Source of the DNA: a virus | Taxonomy: Duplodnaviria > Caudoviricetes | Strand: one strand, 5' to 3' | DNA length: 64,000 bases | IMG/VR virus record: IMGVR_UViG_3300021399_003927 | Location: 65,492 to 129,491 of that record | In this document: piece by piece, positions 56,494 to 64,000 of the stretch | Position numbering within the stretch: position 1 is the stretch's first letter | How the letters are laid out: each line of letters begins with the position of its first letter | Position numbers and translations under genes: made by a program | Notes under the pieces: generated by a model | What the model was told of the DNA's origin: nothing | Databases searched by the model: none | Seen by the model: the letters and a program-made list of their open reading frames with translations, nothing else

Positions 56494-57345
56494 TCATAAC
56501 ACTTCTCTTAATCTATCTGTTACACTTTGTAATGGTATTAGTTCATATTCCCCATCATCTTTAAGCCATACTATCCTTCTAGCTATCACCTTCAATCCTA
56601 TGTCCTCTAGAGGAATCTGATATGCAGACAATTGAAGAGTGTAATATGACAATGGCTCTTCAAATAAATCACCAAACGGAGGTGCTAAGAACCTTCCCAT
56701 TTCTCTACTGAAATCCTTTTTTAATTCCTTGTTGGTTTTAAAGTCGAATATACACAATCCACTTTTTGAATCATCTTCCTCATCTTTATAATAGAAAAGA
56801 ATGTCAAATGTTCCACAATAGTCTTGTTTAAGGTTTGTAAGCTGTTTGTTCTTTCCTGTGTATACCTTTGTTTCAGCTAGGACAAAATGAAGATTGGAAT
56901 GTAATTCGTTATAAAACTTCATTATTGCTTCTTCTTTTGGCCTCGTTGGTATTAACCAACCCTTATCTTTTATATATTTGCATTTGTTTTCTTCTGTTAT
57001 AAACTCTGGATGACCATTCCTTAGCCATCCCAATGATTCCCCATATGCATGAACCAATGTTCCGCTTGTCGTTGCTTTTAAATTGGTGAATTTCCATTTA
57101 TCCAACCAATATTGTGGTGTTTCACCATGTTTTTCAGCATAAGCCACCGATTGTGCTTGTTCGTCAAATGGATATGCGCAAAACTGATGCGTTACCTCTG
57201 ATACTGATGGTAATTGCTGCCCATTAAGGAAATACTTATGCCCATCTTCTATAAATTGAAGGTCTTTGAATTCTGATAATATATTATTTCTTATATCTGT
57301 TACTTCCTTTGGTTCTCCATCTACTTTGATTAGTTTTTTAGTCAT
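56494..57345 (-). CDS. PD-(D/E)XK exonuclease (start MTKKL)
   Basis: PSVS, GTLVH, CGTFD, DFKT, Y.LQLSAY. Confidence 0.85.
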   Translation of the reverse strand: MTKKLIKVDGEPKEVTDIRNNILSEFKDLQFIEDGHKYFLNGQQLPSVSEVTHQFCAYPFDEQAQSVAYAEKHGETPQYWLDKWKFTNLKATTSGTLVHAYGESLGWLRNGHPEFITEENKCKYIKDKGWLIPTRPKEEAIMKFYNELHSNLHFVLAETKVYTGKNKQLTNLKQDYCGTFDILFYYKDEEDDSKSGLCIFDFKTNKELKKDFSREMGRFLAPPFGDLFEEPLSYYTLQLSAYQIPLEDIGLKVIARRIVWLKDDGEYELIPLQSVTDRLREVL

Positions 57346-57468
57346 TATTCCAATATTTTTGCAAATATATATAAAAAATATTAAAAAAACAAATTTTATA
57401 ATAATAAAAAAATATCTCATATTATTTTTAATATAATACAAGATATTTTAATATATTAAATAAAATTT

Positions 57469-58713
57469 TTATCTACAAGGACTAATATATCCACAATCAC
57501 CATAAAGATAGCCAGATGACCAACTATTTCTCATCAACTGTATTGGATAATTTCCAATAGTAACATTTACGCACCAACAAGTGTTACCATCAGAGAAATT
57601 TGGAAGATGATGAGTGCCGTTATTTGAAAGTGTAATTTGTAAAACACTTCCATCCGAAGTAGCATTTAAAATCAAATCTTTTACTTGGCTAGCACTGACA
57701 ATTTCCGTAAAAGATGTTGTTCCTGTTGCTGTACCTGTCGAATTTGCATAATATTTGTATGACCAAGTTATATTGAACCCATTTGTTATTGTGTCTGCCA
57801 AAGTTTGTCTTTTTGACTGGGTAATCATTTCATTATTACACATGCGGAAATGGCATTTTAAAACTGAATGTTGTGCATTCTTGTTTGGTTGTATGCTAGG
57901 GTTACTTAAAACAACTTGAAGATTGTTTGTTTGCCATAACCATTCTTGTGCTTGAGTTATAACTGTTGAAGCTGTTTTACCCAAACAGTCTGTTACAGTA
58001 ATTGTAGCACTTCTAGTACCAGTAGCATTATTGATGCTAGTGAAAGTATCGTTGAAATATAAACGCACAACGCCATTAGAAGCATCATAAGTTCTACCTG
58101 TAACCCAACTCTCAGATGATGTTACTGCGGTTATCGGTGCATCACAAGAACCTAACGTTACTGGGTAGTATGTACCGTCTGAACAACCCCAAACAGTTTG
58201 AGTTGCTGGTACTGTAGGTCTAGTACAACTACTTACATTAGGAGTAAGTCTTATTGAAAAAGTCACACTTCTTCCGCAGTTGTTAGTAACAGTAAACTGT
58301 TGTGTTATCGTGCTTGAAGGTGGTTTAAGAATGCTTATTTCCACGCTATAAATTGCAGCTTGAGGATTAGTTAAAGTAGGCGTGCCCACACTAAAATACT
58401 GTGAGCTTCCTCCGTTTATTGTCACGGTTGGTGTTCTAGGGTCACTAGCACTTGAACCATAAGACTGTATTGACACCATTTGACTTGCAGTACACGATGC
58501 AATTGTAACTAGATATATTCCATCAGTAGGGCCTAGGACTTTCAAGTAACATGACGCTTTAGGTACTGTATATACTAAATTTCCAGTACATCCATCATTG
58601 TCTGTATATTTGATAGTATATACTTTGTCACTAGTAGTCGTATTAGCTGGAAAATTAACAACACCACTGCTACTAATTGAAACATCACTAGGACTTATAT
58701 TCCATGTTGCCAT
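57469..58713 (-). CDS. Putative tail fibre / adhesin with BACON-like domain
   Basis: Thr/Ser-rich, SESWVT ... RSATITVT ... ITQ. Confidence 0.7.
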   Translation of the reverse strand: MATWNISPSDVSISSSGVVNFPANTTTSDKVYTIKYTDNDGCTGNLVYTVPKASCYLKVLGPTDGIYLVTIASCTASQMVSIQSYGSSASDPRTPTVTINGGSSQYFSVGTPTLTNPQAAIYSVEISILKPPSSTITQQFTVTNNCGRSVTFSIRLTPNVSSCTRPTVPATQTVWGCSDGTYYPVTLGSCDAPITAVTSSESWVTGRTYDASNGVVRLYFNDTFTSINNATGTRSATITVTDCLGKTASTVITQAQEWLWQTNNLQVVLSNPSIQPNKNAQHSVLKCHFRMCNNEMITQSKRQTLADTITNGFNITWSYKYYANSTGTATGTTSFTEIVSASQVKDLILNATSDGSVLQITLSNNGTHHLPNFSDGNTCWCVNVTIGNYPIQLMRNSWSSGYLYGDCGYISPCR

Positions 58714-58754
58714 ATATTATATTTTTTTATTAATCTATTATTAATTTAGTTTTA

Positions 58755-58790
58755 TAAGATACCCTAAGTATTAACCCTAGGGTATCTTAT
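58755..58790 (-). terminator. Inverted repeat / terminator
   Basis: ATAAGATACCCTA ... TAGGGTATCTTAT. Confidence 0.6.
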
Positions 58791-58802
58791 TTAAACATGT
58801 TA

Positions 58803-61800
58803 TTAACAAGTAGGATTAGAAGGTGAGAATGTTACTTGACCTCCACTTGATGTTACTTGTTGACTTGCACTGACTGTTATCGTGCCACACTTGCTAACTG
58901 CAATGGTTTTTCCACTACATACACTTCCATTTACATATAATTGTATGGTTGCGCTAGATTTATTGTTAGTTAAAGACGTAATTACTACGTTTCCGTTGCT
59001 AACAGAAGCACCAAAACAACTTGGCTTAGAAGACTGTGCTGTCACAGTACCTCCTGCACAACCTACTAATTCATATGGAACGCTAGCAGTTGATGCGGTT
59101 AATACTACCGAACTAGCACCTAATACCAAGTTGCTACATGCGCAACTAGGTGCATTAGCATATATGTCAACTAAATCAGAAGTATAACAGCAATCTGCTT
59201 CATCTGTAGTTAGCGTCTTATACAACTTATATCCAAGTGTTCCAACCTTTACTGGAAAATCAACATTAGTAAAGTGACTAATATCACCAATCGTTACTTG
59301 AATTGTCGTAACATGGCTAGTTGTGTCCGTGCTAACGCTACAACCATATGCGCTTATCAAGTTTGCTACTACATTGGCATTTCCACAAGGATGAGATATG
59401 GTAAACACTGTGATTGTACTACTAGGCGCACCTGAAGTTGCACCTGTCGTTGTTGTAAACAATCCACAGCTACATCCTGCTGCTTGAGTGAACGTTACAG
59501 TTTTACATAAAGTACCATTCAAGTAGAAGCGGATATATCCAATTCTAACTGCATTGACACCATTCTCTGCGACTTGATAAGTAACCGTCTTAGTTGAAGC
59601 ATAATGGTTAATAGTAATCCAATTAACTGTAGAATAAGCACTGACGCTACCACAATTAGCAGTATACGTTATTGAATCATTTGTTGCTCCTGAACCAACA
59701 CTTTGACTAGTACCAACACTTAAAGCAAAGCTTGAAGTTGAACAGTTACATCCTTGTGCCGCTTGCGTTATACTAAATTCTTTACAAGCACTGCCTCCGT
59801 TTACGCTTAAGTAGAAATGAGCCGTTCTAGAACTAAACGTAGTATTGGTTTGTGCAGTAATACTAAGTTTCAACACACGAGTAGACATATCTATAGTAAC
59901 TGCGGATGTAAACCAAGATGCACTTCCACCAGAAACACGGATGTTTGAGTTGTTAGGACATGTAGAAGATACAATTACTATGTCTCTATATACACCTGAA
60001 CTAGATGGTAATGGGTTGGTAGTTGTGCCAGATGTTTGTCTTACACTTGCTGAAACCACATCACAATTACATGTTTTTGAGTATCTATAGGCGTTAAAAC
60101 TAGCGCAGCAACCTGTATCACCTTGAGTACAAGTTAAACTATCAGTTCCAGTACGTATTGTAACAGTTGTCGTTCCTGTATCGGCTGCATCAAAACCTGT
60201 GCTTGGTAGCAATCTTATATATGCTTTACCTTTGTACAACGTACCACTTGAATTTGTAGTAGTGCTAGTTAAAACTACAGATGAATTACTTCTATCAAGC
60301 AAGCCTGATGATGGATTAGGATTCGTTTCTGACAAGTAGAAATTAGGCGTGCAAGTAGTTGCAGTGTTTGGAACAGCTTTTTGCCACTCTACATAAGCAT
60401 CAGTGTTACCGTCTCCATCAAAAAACATCATAGTGCTAGCAGAAGATGGAACTGTCCAAGCAGTAAATGTTTGCTGGTCACAAGCGCAATCAGGACTTGG
60501 ACATGCGCTTCCTGCACCTTGTACTACTGGGAAGTCATAGTAACATGGATGTCCTTCAAAACCAACCATACCTCTTATGACGCCAGTTCTTGCTGGAGCA
60601 CCACATTGCTGTGCAGTTGCACCTGTAATTGTTACATAATAACTTCTAGAAGTGTCGCTTGTTCCTGTTATGTTGAAATCTGCTCCTTGAACCCAACTTG
60701 GACTTGATACAACGTATATACCAGCTTGTCCGATACAAGAGAAGAAATCAGAACTTGCTTTTCCTCCACTTATTTGTAAACGATTACTTGAACTACCTGT
60801 ATAACCAGTGCTTGGAACAATATTACTGCTATACTCTGTATATACCACGTTTTGACTACATTCACCTATACAATCACATATTGGTAAAGCGTCTTGCTTC
60901 CTTATCATGGTAAACGTACATGAAGTAGTATTACCATAACCATCGTTGTGAGTTCCTGTAAACGTGAAAGTAACACTTCTCTCAGAATTACCACATAACT
61001 GTGCAGTACAGTCTCCTGTTAAGTAATACTCAGTGTTCATGTAACTTTCAAGACCTAAAGTATTATCATCTACCCAATTAGCATTACTTGTAATGGAAAT
61101 GTTCGACATACAATTTCCAACTGTTACCATTGGCAATGAGAACGTTGTTGCTGTAGCTGGAATTGTTATTCCACTGTAAGTGCTTTCTGAATGTGCGGTT
61201 AATTGACTACTACAGTTATTACAGCTACAAGAAGTGCGTCCATCTTGCCAAACAGTGAATGTCTTTGCACATGTCAAAGGACTAGTTGCTGCAACACTAT
61301 AGTTAAACGTTACAGTTCCACTTCTAGGGTAAGATGTTTTAAGGCAATCTCTTTCTGCTACTGTTCCCCAAATATACACATTTTTAAGATTGACAGGTGG
61401 ACGAGAAGCAGTATATTGTGTTCCGTTTTCGTCACCATAATAAAGATTTGTAATCCAAGAAACATTAGTGGTAAGTCCTGTTAAATCTATCGTTACACAG
61501 TTTGAAGTAAGACTTATATCACCGTTAAATACCACTTGAGCTAAATTAACAGTACCTCCACTATAAGTAGCACCACTTGATTTTGAAGTTAATGCGAATA
61601 AACTCTCAACTCCGTCATCACAGTCCATGCCTGCACATGGGTTACAACTTGAAGGGTTACCTGCTTGTGTTACGCTTATGGTATCACTTGTACAAGACAA
61701 TCCGTTGCTTAAGTGAGCAATAAGTTTGAAACTGTCAGTTCTAGAAGGACTTTCACAAGCTGAGTTACTAGTAGTATTAGCTGTTACTGTACCATCTGAT

Positions 61801-64000
61801 TTAACTGTGATGTTGGTTAACCATGAACCTGTAGTTACACTAGTATCAACAGTAACTGAAGTTACACATGAACCAGAGATATATGTAGCAACTTTGACAC
61901 CACTGTGAGAAGAGTTGGTAAGTGTACCTACTCCTGCAACGTTAAAGTTAGCAGTTTCACAAGTGGCTGTAATACATGGGTTACATCCACTGCTACACAA
62001 TGCGCCTTGAGTAAATGTTACACTATCACTTTGTATAGTACCACCAGTTTCGTCTGTTATTGTATAATAATACATTCCTGTCAGTTGTCTGTTCAGACAG
62101 TTATCATGCTCTAATGGGGCATATTTAGTACCATTAAGCTGCATGTAATTATCACCAGTTGAGAAATTCCAAGTAATATCGTAATCTTCATAAAGAATCC
62201 AATCACCTTGTCCACTAGGATTTGTACATTTTCTCATCACTACAACTGGAAATTCACAAGGTTCTGTAGCACATGCTCCACAAGCTGGTAAAACAATGTC
62301 CTCCAAACCACTTACACTCCATGTCCATGAACTACATGGGCAACTTATGCAAGGTCCTGCACTTTGAGTTACTGTAAAGTCCTTATATGTTGCAGTTATT
62401 CCATTAACTGATGCAACAATCCTATAACTATAGCTCCTAGAACTTGAAGAACAGTTGTAATTGGTGCTGCTGTCGTATCTAATACTGTGGCTCGTATTAT
62501 CTATATTACCAAATGCTTGAGTATTTCTATCCACTATATTTACGGTAGCTTCACCGAAATAGTCTTCCCATTGGCTACTCCAAGTAGCACATCTTGTCTG
62601 TATGCCATAGTTAGGATAAAGAACACCACCACATGCACTGATGTTATATGTGGAATCACCAGTTACTCTATACTCTACAGTTGGACATTCACAATTTCCA
62701 GTGCAATACCCAGCAGTTTGGTCAAATCTGTAGTTACAATAATCAACATTACTATCCCATGAAGCATTTGGGTCGTTTGCTATTACTGCCGTTACTTTCC
62801 ATGTAGAATACTTAGAGCTTGGAGTGCAATTATTTGCGACTGCAAATGTATTGCCTTGAGCTATATAAAGCATATCTGCGTCACCACCAGTATTAGTCCA
62901 TACGTAAGAAACAGCACCTTCATAATCGTGCGCATCTGCCCAACTTTCTCCCTTACTAGAGCAAATCCACTTAACAGTAGGAGTAACTATGTTCTTAATT
63001 CCCTCATCACACTCAGAGCTACTATAAGCCGTTGTGCTTGGGCAATAAATTTTGTATTCAACTTCAGAACAAGAACATGATGAACATTGCCCAGCTTTCT
63101 GTTTAAACTTAACAGTAACCGCGCTTTCAGTCTGATTTGTTCCATCTAGCTTATGAATAACAACTGTTAAATTATAAACTGATTCTGCTGTACTAGTAGT
63201 ACAGTTTGTTGGAACTGACCAAGTACCATTTGTTGAATTAACTGTTGCGTTACCACTAACTTTAGTCCAAGTAGCAGTAAAATCGGTATATGACTGCCAC
63301 TCTTCTGCTCCAAAAGTAGTACATCTATATTGAACTGTCAAATCTGGTAAATTATCAGAATTGCCACATTCAGAAATATTCTCTACATCATATGCTCCTT
63401 GACTGTAAACAAACCTGTATTCATAATTCTGGCATCCACAACATGTCTGACATGGTCCAGCTACTTGACTGAATGTCACATCGCAATAGTTATTTCCTAC
63501 CCATGAGACGTTGCTGTCGCTTGGAGTAAATGTAAATCTGATAACTTCGCTTCTAGCTGAATCACAGTTACAGCTTGCAGCCCAATAATAATTTCCGTTA
63601 CTCTTACTAATGGTTATGAAATTAGCACCACTCTGATGAGACCAAGTAAGACCAGTTGAGAAATTAACTATGTACCATCCTTCAGTCGATGGATTTTGAC
63701 ATTGCTTGTATATCTCCATTCCACCTAACACACCGTTAGTAGGACAAGCTTGGATACCACTAACACCATGGAAGCAATACTCCATTTCATATAGCCAAGA
63801 TGTGCATGGGCAAGTAGAACAAGGTCCAGCTGCTTGAGTGAACGTTACGTCACAAGTTAATGCAGTAACAGTTGTACCACCACTAGTAACTGAAACATTC
63901 AAACCAAGTGTAGCACTTTTAGCTGTTGAATCACAGTTCTTATCAATTGTCCATGTGTGGTTGCTGTTGTTTACTGTTACGGCTGCTGCACCACTCTTCT
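58803..64000 (-). CDS. Large Cys-rich BACON-like repeat fibre protein (5' end outside window)
   Basis: More than 1730 aa open to the window edge; ~110-125-aa repeats W ... N.C...R ... C..TFTQ.AG.C..C.C. Confidence 0.8.
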   Translation of the reverse strand, partial: KSGAAAVTVNNSNHTWTIDKNCDSTAKSATLGLNVSVTSGGTTVTALTCDVTFTQAAGPCSTCPCTSWLYEMEYCFHGVSGIQACPTNGVLGGMEIYKQCQNPSTEGWYIVNFSTGLTWSHQSGANFITISKSNGNYYWAASCNCDSARSEVIRFTFTPSDSNVSWVGNNYCDVTFSQVAGPCQTCCGCQNYEYRFVYSQGAYDVENISECGNSDNLPDLTVQYRCTTFGAEEWQSYTDFTATWTKVSGNATVNSTNGTWSVPTNCTTSTAESVYNLTVVIHKLDGTNQTESAVTVKFKQKAGQCSSCSCSEVEYKIYCPSTTAYSSSECDEGIKNIVTPTVKWICSSKGESWADAHDYEGAVSYVWTNTGGDADMLYIAQGNTFAVANNCTPSSKYSTWKVTAVIANDPNASWDSNVDYCNYRFDQTAGYCTGNCECPTVEYRVTGDSTYNISACGGVLYPNYGIQTRCATWSSQWEDYFGEATVNIVDRNTQAFGNIDNTSHSIRYDSSTNYNCSSSSRSYSYRIVASVNGITATYKDFTVTQSAGPCISCPCSSWTWSVSGLEDIVLPACGACATEPCEFPVVVMRKCTNPSGQGDWILYEDYDITWNFSTGDNYMQLNGTKYAPLEHDNCLNRQLTGMYYYTITDETGGTIQSDSVTFTQGALCSSGCNPCITATCETANFNVAGVGTLTNSSHSGVKVATYISGSCVTSVTVDTSVTTGSWLTNITVKSDGTVTANTTSNSACESPSRTDSFKLIAHLSNGLSCTSDTISVTQAGNPSSCNPCAGMDCDDGVESLFALTSKSSGATYSGGTVNLAQVVFNGDISLTSNCVTIDLTGLTTNVSWITNLYYGDENGTQYTASRPPVNLKNVYIWGTVAERDCLKTSYPRSGTVTFNYSVAATSPLTCAKTFTVWQDGRTSCSCNNCSSQLTAHSESTYSGITIPATATTFSLPMVTVGNCMSNISITSNANWVDDNTLGLESYMNTEYYLTGDCTAQLCGNSERSVTFTFTGTHNDGYGNTTSCTFTMIRKQDALPICDCIGECSQNVVYTEYSSNIVPSTGYTGSSSNRLQISGGKASSDFFSCIGQAGIYVVSSPSWVQGADFNITGTSDTSRSYYVTITGATAQQCGAPARTGVIRGMVGFEGHPCYYDFPVVQGAGSACPSPDCACDQQTFTAWTVPSSASTMMFFDGDGNTDAYVEWQKAVPNTATTCTPNFYLSETNPNPSSGLLDRSNSSVVLTSTTTNSSGTLYKGKAYIRLLPSTGFDAADTGTTTVTIRTGTDSLTCTQGDTGCCASFNAYRYSKTCNCDVVSASVRQTSGTTTNPLPSSSGVYRDIVIVSSTCPNNSNIRVSGGSASWFTSAVTIDMSTRVLKLSITAQTNTTFSSRTAHFYLSVNGGSACKEFSITQAAQGCNCSTSSFALSVGTSQSVGSGATNDSITYTANCGSVSAYSTVNWITINHYASTKTVTYQVAENGVNAVRIGYIRFYLNGTLCKTVTFTQAAGCSCGLFTTTTGATSGAPSSTITVFTISHPCGNANVVANLISAYGCSVSTDTTSHVTTIQVTIGDISHFTNVDFPVKVGTLGYKLYKTLTTDEADCCYTSDLVDIYANAPSCACSNLVLGASSVVLTASTASVPYELVGCAGGTVTAQSSKPSCFGASVSNGNVVITSLTNNKSSATIQLYVNGSVCSGKTIAVSKCGTITVSASQQVTSSGGQVTFSPSNPTC

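Noticed and set aside
28217-63080. Plus-strand ORFs nested in large minus-strand genes
   Set aside because: These are antisense shadows of well-supported CDSs.
1-64000. Lak-type TAG-to-Gln recoding
   Set aside because: Long genes, including the >1700-aa fibre, are uninterrupted in code 11, and no CTA-anticodon tRNA was found in this window.

Overview
AT-rich 64 kb segment of a jumbo bacteriophage that probably infects Bacteroidales (Prevotella-like host). Evidence for the host: repeated Bacteroidetes sigma-A promoters (TAnnTTTG at -7, TTTG at -33) and a Bacteroidetes-type tmRNA tag. Almost everything is on the minus strand and reads in the standard code. Bases 1-26.3 kb are a dense RNA array: about 30 conventional tRNAs (two carry sister group I introns), tmRNA, a GOLLD-like large RNA and many non-canonical tRNA-derived RNAs, interspersed with small accessory ORFs. 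Bases 26.5-57 kb encode TelA, SSB, RtcB flanked by GIY-YIG endonucleases, a SNF2 helicase/Rrp8-like methyltransferase fusion, NadE, TyrRS, a DUF2828/TROVE(Ro60)-like vWA protein, a sigma factor, IF3, a macrodomain-like protein, DnaJ/DnaK and nucleases. Bases 57.5-64 kb encode Cys-rich BACON-like fibre proteins. Main candidate novel system: ten RNAs sharing a covarying terminal stem followed by ACAGCA(A). Five enclose circularly permuted tRNA modules, opened at different positions, and one of these rebuilds a perfect tRNA-Ile. They co-occur with a Ro60-like protein and RtcB, suggesting a phage Ro/Y-RNA-like or permuted-tRNA maturation system. Other highlights: two tRNA-scaffolded RNAs carrying a bipartite guide with a 16-nt target elsewhere in the window, a free-standing mimic of 23S rRNA H43-H44, and D-armless tRNA-Tyr and tRNA-Ile. 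All structures were folded by eye and no database searches were run, so novelty is unverified.
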